From positions 16,433 through 80,432 of the forward strand of contig JANSXY010000012.1 in the NCBI GenBank assembly GCA_024742695.1: a stretch of 64,000 nt of DNA, written 5' to 3'. The translations under genes and the position numbers were made by a program. The notes below the pieces were generated by a model that searched no databases, was not told where the DNA came from, and worked only from the letters and a program-made list of their open reading frames with translations. Source of the stretch: Paracoccaceae bacterium (GTDB taxonomy: Bacteria; Pseudomonadota; Alphaproteobacteria; Rhodobacterales; Rhodobacteraceae). Positions 8,288 through 18,176 of the stretch are shown piece by piece; the first letter of the stretch is position 1, and every line of letters begins with the position of its first letter.

Positions 8288-10155
8288 CGCGCCACCCCGT
8301 TGCTGATCCAGCGCGACTGGTAGGGCGCCAGCGCGATGTCGCCGCGCAACTCGTCCACCCGCTCGCCCGACAGCAGGTCGTGCCAGTCGTTCCCGTCGAT
8401 CAGGTTCAGCGCGGCGGCCGGGATCGTCACGGTTTCGGCGGTCACGTTGGCCAGGATGAAGATGCTTTGCGACCGGTCGAAGCTTTGCCGCCAGAAGCCG
8501 AAGATCGCGTCTCCAAGCTGCAGGGTGAACTGGGTGGCATTGGGATGGAACGCCGGTTGCCGCGCCCGCACCTTCAGCATCCGCTTCATCGCCGCGAAGA
8601 CCTGCGCGGTGTCGCTGGCCGGGTCGGCCAGCCGCGCCTCGAGCGTGGCATAGTCCCAGCGGTGGCGGTTGATCGCACGGTTGTAGCCCAGTTTCGCCAC
8701 GCCCTCGGTATCGTTGCGGGTTGCCAGCAGCGAATGGATGTAGAAGGCCGGGATCCCCTCGAGCGCCATCGCGATCGCCTGCGAGCACAGGAATCGCGGG
8801 ATGCCCAGATCGTCGCGCCCGGCGACGGTGCCCTGCAGCGCGTCGAACAGCGCGACGTTGAGTTCGTAGGGCCGTTCGGTTCCGTCGGCCATGCGCCGCA
8901 TCGATACCAGCCCGCCAAAGCCGCGCACCGTCTCGATCATCCGCGCGATGTCATCCTCGGGGATCAGCCCCTCGGCCGGCCGCAGCCCGATCCCGTCATG
9001 CGAGGCGGTGAAGTTGAAATAGGTGCAGCCCAGTTGCGCCGGCGGCATCGCCATCTGCCATGACCGCAGGTATTCCGACGTGCCGTTCAGCAGCGCGTGC
9101 AGGATCAGCGGCGGCAGCGAGAAATTGTAGACCGCGTGCGCCTCGTTGCGATTGCCGAAATAGCTCAGGTTCTCGGCATTGGGCACGTTGGTTTCGGTGA
9201 TCAGGATCACCGGCGCCTCGTCGAAATCCAGCAAGAGCCGGATCAGCCGCACGATCTCGTGGGTCTGGCGCAGGTGGATCGAGGGCGTGCCCGGTTCCTT
9301 CCACAAGAATGCCACGGCATCCAGCCGCAGCGTCCGCACGCCCCGATCGATGTGAAAGCGCAGGACGTCGAGAAACGCCTCCAGCACCTCGGGGTTGGAG
9401 AAGTCGAAATCGACCTGGTCGTGGCTGAAGGTGCACCAGACATGGCGCGGCCCGCGCGCGGTTTCCACCCGGCGCAACAGCGGGTGCGACCGGGGCCGGA
9501 CCACGGCGCTCAGATCGTCGTCGGGTTCGGCCTCGCGGAAGAACCGGTCATAAGGCGCGTGGCCCTGAAGATAGGCGCTGAACCAGGCGCTCTGGCTGGA
9601 ACAATGGTTCAGCACGAGGTCCGACATCAGGTCGAACTCTTCGGCGATCCGGCTGATATCCTCCCAGGCGCCCAGCGCGGAATTGACGGCGTAGTAGTCC
9701 GTCACCGCGAAACCGTCGTCGGAGGTGAAGGGAAAATACGGCAGGATGTGTATCCCGGTGATCGCGTCGGCGAGGTAGCGGCGGGCGAAATCGCGCAACA
9801 GGTCGAGCGGCTTGTGCTCTCCGTCGATGATCGAGTTGCCGTAGGTGATCACGTAGGCGTCGCGCTGCGACCAAAGCGTATTGCCGGGGTTGCGGCCACG
9901 CCGGCGCGGCCGCCGCGCGCCCGGCCAGAAGGCCTGCGCCAGCCGCTCGGCCAGCGCCGCCGTATCGGCCTCGGGGTAGACGGAGGCGACGAGCTGTTCC
10001 AGCCGCAGCCGCAAACCCCGCGGCATCCCGCCGCGCGAGAGCGGATCGCCGGGCGCGGGTTCCGCGGGCCGCAGCCCCGTTGGCATGGCATCGTCATGCT
10101 GCATTGCAGTATCTTGGGACAGGGCCTTGCGAATGGCAAGCTGCGCGCGGCGCAC
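8284..10155 (-). CDS. GH13_18 sucrose-phosphorylase-like sugar phosphorylase (candidate glucosylglycerate phosphorylase)
   Basis: GH13 catalytic blocks LRLDAVAFLWK, ITETN and TASHDGIGL. The true start may be an internal Met (10104, 10086 or 10026). Confidence 0.7.
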   Translation of the reverse strand: MRRAQLAIRKALSQDTAMQHDDAMPTGLRPAEPAPGDPLSRGGMPRGLRLRLEQLVASVYPEADTAALAERLAQAFWPGARRPRRRGRNPGNTLWSQRDAYVITYGNSIIDGEHKPLDLLRDFARRYLADAITGIHILPYFPFTSDDGFAVTDYYAVNSALGAWEDISRIAEEFDLMSDLVLNHCSSQSAWFSAYLQGHAPYDRFFREAEPDDDLSAVVRPRSHPLLRRVETARGPRHVWCTFSHDQVDFDFSNPEVLEAFLDVLRFHIDRGVRTLRLDAVAFLWKEPGTPSIHLRQTHEIVRLIRLLLDFDEAPVILITETNVPNAENLSYFGNRNEAHAVYNFSLPPLILHALLNGTSEYLRSWQMAMPPAQLGCTYFNFTASHDGIGLRPAEGLIPEDDIARMIETVRGFGGLVSMRRMADGTERPYELNVALFDALQGTVAGRDDLGIPRFLCSQAIAMALEGIPAFYIHSLLATRNDTEGVAKLGYNRAINRHRWDYATLEARLADPASDTAQVFAAMKRMLKVRARQPAFHPNATQFTLQLGDAIFGFWRQSFDRSQSIFILANVTAETVTIPAAALNLIDGNDWHDLLSGERVDELRGDIALAPYQSRWISNGVAR

Positions 10156-10183
10156 GCCGGCCGGGCGCCGCGCGGCCGCGCCC

Positions 10184-11122
10184 TCAGAGCGGGCGGATCG
10201 CCTCGCCCATCAGCACGAACAGCGCGACGGCGGCGTAGATGCACAGGAACACCACCACCACCACGGCCTTCGACCATTCGCTGCGCCGCATCGGCTTGCC
10301 CATCGTGGCGGCGCCGCCGCGCGGGCGCGCCACCCGCGGCACGCTTTCGGCGGTTCTTGCCGCCGCCGGGCGCAGGCTGTCGGCGGCTGCGGTCGCGGCG
10401 CCCGCGGGGATCGGCGGCGTCAGCCGTGCCGCCTGCCCGGCCGAGGGCGCGCCGACCGGCGCGGGGCGCGGCTGCGGGCGGTGCAGGCCACCCAGCTTCG
10501 GCGGACCGGCCGGTCCGGCGGGCGGGAAATCGCGCGGCGGCGTCGGCTCGGCCCGCAGCGGCGCGGGCTGGGCCGGCGCCAGCGCGGCCGGCGCGGCGCT
10601 CGCCGCGGCCTCGGCGGCATCCTCGGCGGCCAGCGCCGCGATCGACCTGGCAAGGCCCTTGGACACGGTGCCGGTGGCCGAGACGCAGACGAACCGCTGT
10701 TCGGGATCCGTTGGCCGCGCCAGCAGGCCGGTCCCGGCCAGCGTTTCGCGGGCATCGTCGGCCAGCATCTGAAGATCGGGGGCCAGCCGCTCCTTGACGT
10801 CGAGCACGTAGCGCGCCGCGCCAAGCCGGACCTGGCGCACATCCTCCTCGTCCTCGGCGAACTCGAGCATCAGCGACATCACGTAGACGCCGAAATCCTC
10901 GGGCGAGAACTGACCGCGCTGCCGCGCCATCCGGGCATAGGCATCATCAAGCAGATCCAGCGTCGCGCCGTAAGGCGGCGCGATCAGCTGTGTGCCAAGA
11001 TAGGTCGCCACGGCCCTGAGCGCCTCGCCGTAGACGATGATGCGCATCAGGTCGTTGTTGGCCGACGGCATCTCGCCGACGGCTCCTGCAACGATATCGC
11101 GTCCTGCCGCGTGCTTTACCAA
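10184..11122 (-). CDS. Hypothetical tail-anchored protein (globular N-domain, Pro/Ala-rich linker, one C-terminal TM helix)
   Basis: 312-aa ORF with good GC3. About 170 aa of N-terminal domain, about 110 aa of low-complexity P/A linker, and the C-terminal hydrophobic helix AVVVVVFLCIYAAVALFVLM. No family recognised. Confidence 0.5.
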   Translation of the reverse strand: MVKHAAGRDIVAGAVGEMPSANNDLMRIIVYGEALRAVATYLGTQLIAPPYGATLDLLDDAYARMARQRGQFSPEDFGVYVMSLMLEFAEDEEDVRQVRLGAARYVLDVKERLAPDLQMLADDARETLAGTGLLARPTDPEQRFVCVSATGTVSKGLARSIAALAAEDAAEAAASAAPAALAPAQPAPLRAEPTPPRDFPPAGPAGPPKLGGLHRPQPRPAPVGAPSAGQAARLTPPIPAGAATAAADSLRPAAARTAESVPRVARPRGGAATMGKPMRRSEWSKAVVVVVFLCIYAAVALFVLMGEAIRPL

Positions 11123-11319
11123 GGCCTTCTCCGACTATGCTCACGCCATCGGGAACCGCTGCGCAGCCGTTCCCGACGAAATATCCACAACCCATACCTT
11201 GGCGCATCATAGCCGCGTGTGCCGTGGTTCTTCAACTCGCTTTGTCGAAAGGCCATGCACGAAAGGCGGAGACCTGCCTGTTTTTGCGGCAGCGCGGCGC
11301 GGACGGGCCCGAAGCGGGC

Positions 11320-12534
11320 TCAGGCCGCCTTGCGGGCCAGGGCGCACTGGCTCCACAGTTTGCTGAGCGCGCCGACCAGGTGGTCGATATCCGCCGCCCC
11401 GTGCAGCGGCGAGGGCGTGAAGCGCAACCGCTCGGTTCCCTTGGGCACCGTCGGATAGTTGATCGGCTGCACGTAGATCCCGTAATCGCGCATCAGGATG
11501 TCGGCGATCAGCCGGCATTTCACCGGATCGCCGATCATCACCGGGATGATGTGGCTGGGATTCGGCAGATGCGGGATGCCCTGCGCATCAAGCCCGGCCC
11601 GCAACTGCGCGACGCGGCGGCGTTGCAGCTGCCGTTCCGTGTCGGAGCGCTTGAGATGCGCGATCGAGGCCTGCGCCGCGGCGGCGACCGCCGGCGGCAG
11701 CGCGGTGGTGAAGATGAACCCGGAGGAAAACGAGCGGATGAAATCGCACAGCGCGGCGGACCCCGCGACATAGCCGCCCAGCACGCCATAGGCCTTGCCC
11801 AGCGTCCCCTCGATCAGCGTGATCCGGTCCGCCAGGCCCTCGCGTTCGGAGATCCCGCCGCCGCGCGGGCCGTAAAGCCCCACCGCATGCACCTCATCGA
11901 GATAGGTCATCGCGCCGTGCTTCTCGGCGACCTCGACGATCTCGGCCATCGGGCAGATGTCGCCGTCCATCGAGTAGACCGATTCGAAGGCGACGATCTT
12001 CGGCGCCTCGGCGGGCAGCTGCGCCAGCTTGCGGTCGAGATCCTCGGGATCGTTGTGCTTCCAGATCACCTTCTGGGCGCGGGAATGGCGGATGCCCTCG
12101 ATCATCGAGGCGTGGTTCAGCGCGTCCGACAGGATCACCGCGCCAGGCAGCCGCGATCCCAGCGTCGACAGGCTGGCCCAGTTCGACACGTAGCCCGAGG
12201 TGAACAGAAGCGCCGATTCCTTGCCGTGCAGGTCGGCCAGTTCCGCCTCCAGCCGCTGGTGATGGATATTGGTGCCCGAGATGTTGCGCGTGCCCCCCGC
12301 GCCGGTGCCGCAGGCGTCGATCGCGTCCTTCATCGCCTGCCGCACCACCGGGTGCTGGCCCATGCCGAGATAGTCGTTCGAGCACCAGACGGTGACATCG
12401 CCCTCCACCACCGGCCCGTGCGACCGCGCGGTCGGAAAATCGCCGCAGCGGCGTTCGAGTTCGGCGAAGACGCGGTAGTTGCCCTCGTCGCGGAGCCGGT
12501 CCAGCTGCCCGGTGAAAAGCGCGTCAAAATCCAT
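11320..12534 (-). CDS. hemA: 5-aminolevulinate synthase
   Basis: 404 aa from [26 protein letters not shown]-lysine block GTLGKAYG. The start overlaps the puhE stop by 11 nt. Confidence 0.95.
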   Translation of the reverse strand: MDFDALFTGQLDRLRDEGNYRVFAELERRCGDFPTARSHGPVVEGDVTVWCSNDYLGMGQHPVVRQAMKDAIDACGTGAGGTRNISGTNIHHQRLEAELADLHGKESALLFTSGYVSNWASLSTLGSRLPGAVILSDALNHASMIEGIRHSRAQKVIWKHNDPEDLDRKLAQLPAEAPKIVAFESVYSMDGDICPMAEIVEVAEKHGAMTYLDEVHAVGLYGPRGGGISEREGLADRITLIEGTLGKAYGVLGGYVAGSAALCDFIRSFSSGFIFTTALPPAVAAAAQASIAHLKRSDTERQLQRRRVAQLRAGLDAQGIPHLPNPSHIIPVMIGDPVKCRLIADILMRDYGIYVQPINYPTVPKGTERLRFTPSPLHGAADIDHLVGALSKLWSQCALARKAA

Positions 12535-13342
12535 CCTGTCCCTCCGGTCGTGTCTTGTCGGGGCCGGAAGCGGGCAGCATCCAGCGCCAGAGTTTCGCAT
12601 CGGCCAACGGCACCGCCATCAGCCAGTGTTCGATCAGCGCCAGCACCGTCATCGCCGCCAGCAGCGCAAAGCCCACCCCCTGCGTGTCGGTCTGGGCCGA
12701 CCACAGCCGTTCCAGCCAGCATCCCGCGGCCAGCGCCAGCACGCTGACCGAGGCGGGGAACATCCGGTTCAGCGATCCCTGCCGGAAATGGCTGGCCAGG
12801 TGCGACAGGGCGGCGGGCAGGAATTCGGTGTTGATGTAGGGCACGCCGAAAAACAGGTTCAGCTTCGCCGAGACCCGCGCGAAGAACAGCACCGCGAAGG
12901 TCCAGAACGCCCAGGCCCCGCCGATTCCCCCGCCGACCTCGTAGCTGACGAGGCCAAGGCAGATCAGCGCCACGGCCAGGGTGAGTTCGTGATAGGCGAT
13001 CGTGCCCCAGGCCCGCAGGAAGCGTTCCCACTCCGGCACACCCGGCGGGCAGGGATAGCGGTTCGGCCCGGTCAGCGCGCCGGTCAGGAACGCCAGTTCG
13101 ATCCAGCCCCAGATCGCCAGCGCCGACGCGAACCCGAGGTAGGCCGCGCCGGGATCGGCACGGCCAAGGCTGGCCCAGAGCGCCCAGAGCCCGAGCCCGA
13201 GGATCGGCAGACCGGCGACGGCGACGGCGGTGCCGCCGATGCCGCGCCGGTCGGCCAGCCGCACCGCCACCAGGATCGCCCCGGTGGAGGCCCACCAGGC
13301 AAACAGCGCGACAAGCGCGGCGATCCACGGCGCGGTGGGCAT
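12524..13342 (-). CDS. puhE: Photosynthetic complex assembly protein PuhE
   Basis: 272-aa polytopic protein starting [17 protein letters not shown]. Its ATG overlaps the acsF stop (TGATG). It occupies the conserved position after acsF. Confidence 0.85.
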   Translation of the reverse strand: MPTAPWIAALVALFAWWASTGAILVAVRLADRRGIGGTAVAVAGLPILGLGLWALWASLGRADPGAAYLGFASALAIWGWIELAFLTGALTGPNRYPCPPGVPEWERFLRAWGTIAYHELTLAVALICLGLVSYEVGGGIGGAWAFWTFAVLFFARVSAKLNLFFGVPYINTEFLPAALSHLASHFRQGSLNRMFPASVSVLALAAGCWLERLWSAQTDTQGVGFALLAAMTVLALIEHWLMAVPLADAKLWRWMLPASGPDKTRPEGQDGF

Positions 13343-14466
13343 CAGTAGCAGGGCTCCAGCCGGGTGCTTGCGGGCAGTTCGTGGCGATGCGCCGGGATCG
13401 ACAGCAGCGCGAGGAAGGCCCGCGCCGCCCGCGCCCGCGCCACCGCGGCCTTCGCCGCGCCGGCGGCCCCGCCCCGCTCCAGCGCCGCCGCGAGATCGAC
13501 ATTGGCCTCGGACAGCGCCTTGCAGTTCTTCCACCAGCGCGGATTGTCGATATCCAGCGTGATCGGGAAGATCTGCCGCGACAACGCCGAGGTCTTTTCG
13601 AACACCTCGCGGGCATACCAGTCGGGATCGACGCCCAGCGCGGCATGGAAGGCCGGGCGCTGGTGGTCACGCACGTACATCGTGGCGTAGACGGCGGTGA
13701 GGAAGAACTTGATCCACCAGACGTTCACGCCGCTGGTCAGCTTCGGATCGGTCTTCATCAGCAGCGCGAAGGCCTCGCCGTGGCTGAACTCGTCGTTGCA
13801 CCACTCCTTGAACCACTTGAAGATCGGGTGGAACCGGTGCTCGGGGTGCTTTTCCAGATGCCGGTAGATGGTGATGTAGCGCGCGTAGCCGATCTTCTCG
13901 CTGAGATAGGTGGCGTAGTAGATGAACTTCGGCCGGAAGTAGGTGTATTTCTTCTTCTGCGTCAGGAAGCCGAGGTTCACCGCCACGCCCGCCTCGCGCA
14001 GGGCGTCGTTGATGAAGCCCGCGTGCCGCGCCTCGTCGCGCGCCATCAGCTGGAAGAGCTGCGTGACATCGGCATTGTTGCCGCGCCGCTTCATCTCCTT
14101 GTACAGAACGCAGCCCGAGAATTCGGCGGTGCAGGACGAGATCAGGAAGTCGATGAATTCCTTTCGCAATCCCGGTTCCATCCCGTCCCAGTCGATATGG
14201 TCCCAATCCTCGTTCTTGCGGAAATGCCCCTTGTTCGGGTCGGCGACCATCTGCGCGATCAGCGCGTCCCAGTCCTTGCGCACCGGGGTGACGTCGATCG
14301 CGTCGAGCGCTTCGAAGTCGGTGGTGTAGAACCGCGGCGTCAGCAGCGTGTTCTGCATCGCGACCTCGGTGGCGCCGCGGCTGTCGACGACGGCCTGCGC
14401 CTCCTGGATCGCAAGGCCCTCCTCGACGGTGGTGGCATCGGCGGTGTGGGTGGCCCGGACGTTCAT
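13342..14466 (-). CDS. acsF: Aerobic Mg-protoporphyrin IX monomethyl ester oxidative cyclase
   Basis: Di-iron ExxH motifs (DEARHAGF, DEFSHGEAF). Start MNVRATH overlaps the stop of the upstream 98-aa ORF. Confidence 0.95.
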   Translation of the reverse strand: MNVRATHTADATTVEEGLAIQEAQAVVDSRGATEVAMQNTLLTPRFYTTDFEALDAIDVTPVRKDWDALIAQMVADPNKGHFRKNEDWDHIDWDGMEPGLRKEFIDFLISSCTAEFSGCVLYKEMKRRGNNADVTQLFQLMARDEARHAGFINDALREAGVAVNLGFLTQKKKYTYFRPKFIYYATYLSEKIGYARYITIYRHLEKHPEHRFHPIFKWFKEWCNDEFSHGEAFALLMKTDPKLTSGVNVWWIKFFLTAVYATMYVRDHQRPAFHAALGVDPDWYAREVFEKTSALSRQIFPITLDIDNPRWWKNCKALSEANVDLAAALERGGAAGAAKAAVARARAARAFLALLSIPAHRHELPASTRLEPCY

Positions 14467-14759
14467 AGCGCGACCTCCTCGGAGAACGAGAACTCGCACA
14501 GTTCCATGACCTCGAAATCGCCGGTCAGGCGGGTCCAGAACCGTTCGAGCAGGCTGGCGCGGGCGATCGTCGCCTCGCGCTGTTCGATCACGATCTCGCC
14601 GAACGGCGCCATGATCTCGGGCCCGTGCACGGTGACCTCGTCGCCGGGGTACACGACCGCCCCGTTGTCGAAGCGCACATGCGCGTGCAGGCTTTCAAAC
14701 TTGTGGCTGACCTCGACCGTGCAGGGCACGCGTTCGAAGTCTTTCGTCAACAGTCCCAT
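14463..14759 (-). CDS. bciE: Small conserved PGC protein, candidate BciE (AcsF cyclase auxiliary subunit)
   Basis: 98-aa soluble ORF translationally coupled to acsF. It sits in the puhC-acsF position where alphaproteobacterial bciE lies. Identity inferred from position and size, not from an alignment. Confidence 0.6.
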   Translation of the reverse strand: MGLLTKDFERVPCTVEVSHKFESLHAHVRFDNGAVVYPGDEVTVHGPEIMAPFGEIVIEQREATIARASLLERFWTRLTGDFEVMELCEFSFSEEVAL

Positions 14760-14776
14760 TTCCGCCCCTCCCTTTG

Positions 14777-15253
14777 TCAGAACCCTGCGAGAAGCCGGGC
14801 GAAGGCTTCCGCATTGTCACGCCCGAACCCCATCAGGTCCGCGCTCCATCCCGTGCTCGGATCGGTGATCGCCAGCCGGCCGGACCGGCTTTGCGTCAGG
14901 ATCACCGGTCCGTCCGGCGCGGCCCGGTGCTTGGTGCGTTCGCGCGCCACGACCCGCGCGACACCGGCAATGAAGCCGCCTTCCTCGTCGGTCAGCGCCA
15001 GTTCGGCGCCGGTCGCGGCGTCGCGCACCGTCACGCTGCCGCTCAGATCCTCGGTTTTCAGATAGACCACCCGCTCGACCAGGATCGGCGCGGCATCGGG
15101 CGTGGCGGCGACCGGCAGGTCCATCACCCGCGCGTAGGTCACGATCGCCAGCGCCGCGACGACCATCGCCGCCATCGCGCGCAGCAGAACCTTCGGAATC
15201 ATCTCGTCATGGGCCTTCGCGGCCCGGTCGGTGGAGTGCATGACGCGTCCCAT
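14777..15253 (-). CDS. puhC: Photosynthetic complex assembly protein PuhC
   Basis: 158 aa from MGRVMHS (GGGAG 9 nt upstream). Single N-terminal TM plus a periplasmic domain. Position is after puhB. Confidence 0.85.
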   Translation of the reverse strand: MGRVMHSTDRAAKAHDEMIPKVLLRAMAAMVVAALAIVTYARVMDLPVAATPDAAPILVERVVYLKTEDLSGSVTVRDAATGAELALTDEEGGFIAGVARVVARERTKHRAAPDGPVILTQSRSGRLAITDPSTGWSADLMGFGRDNAEAFARLLAGF

Positions 15254-15284
15254 TTCGTCGGTCTCCCTTCCGTCGTCCGTGTCT

Positions 15285-15920
15285 CTATTCCGCCGCCAGC
15301 GCCACCGCGCCGGCATCGGCTTTCGCGGCCACCTGCGGCACGCTCACCCGCGCCTCGGCCGCCTCGGCGAGGATCGCCGCCACGCGCCGGGCATCGGGGA
15401 TGCAGCGCAGCGCCGGCCGCGTCGGCGCCCGCCACGGCCGGACATGCGGCCAAAGCATCAGGTAGCCGATGCGCACCCGGTCCTGCAGCGTCAGCGCGAT
15501 GGTGCCGGTGCCGTCGCGGCGCAGTTCGAGATCGGCCGAGTCGATCCGCGTGTAGGGCAGGTTCAGCGTCACCGTCAGCGCCGCGCCGATCCGCATTGCC
15601 ACCCGCTTGTTGGTCAGCGTGTAGACCGTGGCGCGGGCCTGCACGAAGGCGATCAGCCACAACAGCGCACAGGCGACCGCGCCCAGCACTAGGAACGGCA
15701 TCGACAGCGCCACGGCACGACCGAGCGGCACGATGTCGACGATCGAGCCGAAGCGCCACAGCGCCAGCCCGACGAAATAGGCCGCGACCCAGGGCAGCAG
15801 CAGCGACGAGCGCGCCAGCGCCCAGACCGCCGGGCGGCCCTGCCAGAGGATCTTCTCGTCCTCCGGCGGCCGCTCGGGCAGCCCGCGGACCGGTTCGACG
15901 GCGAAATCGTCGTGGCTCAT
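15285..15920 (-). CDS. puhB: Photosynthetic complex assembly protein PuhB
   Basis: 211 aa. N-terminus MSHDDFAVEPVRGLPERPPEDEKILWQGRP, two or three TM helices, located after puhA. Confidence 0.85.
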   Translation of the reverse strand: MSHDDFAVEPVRGLPERPPEDEKILWQGRPAVWALARSSLLLPWVAAYFVGLALWRFGSIVDIVPLGRAVALSMPFLVLGAVACALLWLIAFVQARATVYTLTNKRVAMRIGAALTVTLNLPYTRIDSADLELRRDGTGTIALTLQDRVRIGYLMLWPHVRPWRAPTRPALRCIPDARRVAAILAEAAEARVSVPQVAAKADAGAVALAAE

Positions 15921-15937
15921 CTCCGGTCTCCCGTGTC

Positions 15938-16708
15938 TCAGATTTGCGGTTCAAGCCGGTCGGCGGAGGCATAGAGCTTGCCGCCCGCGTAATAGGCGCT
16001 GATCTTGTCTTCCTCGAGCAGCGTCACCTGCGTGGCCGAGGCGTTGCGCGGCACGTCGCGGAAGTGTTCGGCGTAGATCGAGTGGATCTTCACCCCGTCC
16101 TTCTTGATCCGCGCCAGCGGCAGCGGCACCAGCCGCTTGCCCTCGCCCCATTCAGCATCGAGCTGGTATTCGAGGTAGCGGACCATCTGCTCGGGCTCGT
16201 CGATCCACATGTCGGTGATCATGCCCACCGTCTGGCCGTCGCCGGCGATCACCGGCAGGCCGCGCGGGTCGCGCCCGGCCGAGACGTGGAAGCCCTCGGC
16301 GCCGCTGAGCGGCACGATCTTCGGATGGCCCTTGCCGTCCAGTTCGGGCAGGTCGCGCCGCGGCGCCCAGGAGGCCGGGCCGACGCCATCGACCAGCGGG
16401 TTGCCGGTGGGCACCATCGGAAAGCCGTTGGCCTTCGAGGTGCGCGCCAGCGCGATGTCGGTGCGCTCGGGCGTCTGTCCCGAGGGCACGGTGACGGTGC
16501 CGCGACCGTGCGGCAGCTTGAAGGTCTTGTCCTCGGGCACCGGGAACGGCCCCTGGTTCGCGGCCTCCTTGCCGTCGTCGTCGACAAGCGGATAGCCCTC
16601 GCGCATGTTCTCGCGCTGCAGGTAGAAGATCAGCAGCGCGAAGAAGATCCAGAACAGCCACAGCGTGAGGCTGGCGAGGTCGAACTGGCCGAAAAAGGTC
16701 TGGGTCAT
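15938..16708 (-). CDS. puhA: Photosynthetic reaction centre H subunit
   Basis: 256 aa from MTQTFFGQFDLASLTLWLFWIFFALLIFYLQRENMREGYPL (single TM followed by a PRC-barrel-type domain). Confidence 0.95.
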   Translation of the reverse strand: MTQTFFGQFDLASLTLWLFWIFFALLIFYLQRENMREGYPLVDDDGKEAANQGPFPVPEDKTFKLPHGRGTVTVPSGQTPERTDIALARTSKANGFPMVPTGNPLVDGVGPASWAPRRDLPELDGKGHPKIVPLSGAEGFHVSAGRDPRGLPVIAGDGQTVGMITDMWIDEPEQMVRYLEYQLDAEWGEGKRLVPLPLARIKKDGVKIHSIYAEHFRDVPRNASATQVTLLEEDKISAYYAGGKLYASADRLEPQI

Positions 16709-16736
16709 GGCGTGTTCCTTTTCCTTTGCCCGCGCG

Positions 16737-18176
16737 TCATGTCGGGAAATCGGCCAGGCCGATCCGCGCGGTGTCCCCCGTGGCACGGGGGGTGGCGCGC
16801 CCGACCCGGACCAGGGGACCGAGCGCTACGAGAGTGAAGAAGATCAGGGCGATCTCGAGGTGATAGACGAAGGAATACCCGGTCGCCGGATCGGCCAGCG
16901 CGACGCCGAGCTGGCCCGACATCGCGACCATTCCGACCGCGTCGCGCAGAACCCCGCCCAGCGCGATGGCAAGCCCCGCCGCCGTGGCCTGCGCCGCGCC
17001 CCAGGCGCCGATCGCCAGCCCGCGGCCGGCCGCCCCGGCCACCGGCATCTGCATCGCCGCGGTCAGCATGGCGACCGCGAAGATGCCGCCGCCGAGCCCG
17101 ATCAGCGCGGCGCCGGCGAAGAACAGCGCCGCCGAGCCGAGCGGCGCGGCGAAGATCACCAGCGAGAACGCCCAAAGCCCGATCACCAGTCCCGCCCCGG
17201 CGAGGCGCAGGCAATCCGACCCGCGCGCAAGCCGCCGCGCGGCAAAGGCGAAGCCCGCGAAGGCGCCCAGCGCCCAGGCCGCCGTCAGCCGCGTGGTGGC
17301 CGCGACCGACAGGCCCAGGATCTCGCCGCCATAGGGTTCCAGCAGCACGTCCTGCATGTTGAAGGCCATCGTGCCCATGAACACCACCAGCAAGAGCCGC
17401 CCGGCCCGCCCGCCGGCGGCGAAATCCGCCCAGGCCTCGGCAAAGCGCGGGCCGGGCGCGGCGCGTTCGGCGCGCGACATCGGCCGCACGCTTTCCTGCC
17501 GCCACAGCGCCACGAGGTTCAGAAGCAGCCCGACGACCGCCGCGCCCTGCACCACCCGCACCAGCCCGAGGTTGGAGAAGTCCGACAGGAACGCGCCGAA
17601 GATCAGCGCCGAAACGCCCATCCCGACCAGGAACATCACGTAAAGCAGCGCGACGACGCGCGGCCGGGTTTCATCCGTCGCCCGGTCGGAGGCCAGCGCG
17701 AGGCCCGCGGTCTGGGTCATGTGCAGCCCCAGCCCGGTCATCAGGAAGGCCAGCGCCGCCAGCACCTCGCCCGCGAAGGGAATGTCATAGGCGGTGTCGC
17801 CGCCCAGAACCAGCAGCGCGAAGGGCATCAGCGCCAGGCCGCCGAACTGCCACAGCGAGCCGAACCACAGGAACGGCACCCGCTTCCAGCCGATCGCGCT
17901 GCGGTAACTGTCGGACCGGAAGCCCAGCAGCGCCCGGAACGGCGCTGACAGCACCGGCAGCGCGATCATCACCGCGACGATCATCGCCGGCACCGAAAGC
18001 TCGACGATCATCACCCGGTTCAGCGTGCCCAGCAACAGCACCGAGGCCATCGCGACCGTGACCTGGAACAGCGACAGCCGCAAAAGCTGACCCAGCGGCA
18101 AGCCCGCGCTCGCCGCATCCGCGAAGGGCAGGATGCGGGTCGTGAACCGCGCCAGTGTCCGGCCCGTTGCGCTCAT
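16737..18176 (-). CDS. lhaA: LH1 assembly protein LhaA (PucC/BCD MFS family)
   Basis: 479 aa with 12 TM helices. N-terminus LGQLLRLSLFQVTVAMASVLLLGTLNRVMIVEL. Its ATG overlaps the bchM stop. Confidence 0.9.
   Translation of the reverse strand: MSATGRTLARFTTRILPFADAASAGLPLGQLLRLSLFQVTVAMASVLLLGTLNRVMIVELSVPAMIVAVMIALPVLSAPFRALLGFRSDSYRSAIGWKRVPFLWFGSLWQFGGLALMPFALLVLGGDTAYDIPFAGEVLAALAFLMTGLGLHMTQTAGLALASDRATDETRPRVVALLYVMFLVGMGVSALIFGAFLSDFSNLGLVRVVQGAAVVGLLLNLVALWRQESVRPMSRAERAAPGPRFAEAWADFAAGGRAGRLLLVVFMGTMAFNMQDVLLEPYGGEILGLSVAATTRLTAAWALGAFAGFAFAARRLARGSDCLRLAGAGLVIGLWAFSLVIFAAPLGSAALFFAGAALIGLGGGIFAVAMLTAAMQMPVAGAAGRGLAIGAWGAAQATAAGLAIALGGVLRDAVGMVAMSGQLGVALADPATGYSFVYHLEIALIFFTLVALGPLVRVGRATPRATGDTARIGLADFPT

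Noticed and set aside
11262-11282. TGTCGAAAGGCCATGCAC downstream of hemA, a near PpsR match
   Set aside because: The second arm is CAC or ACG rather than ACA at N12. It also lies downstream of a gene rather than in a promoter.
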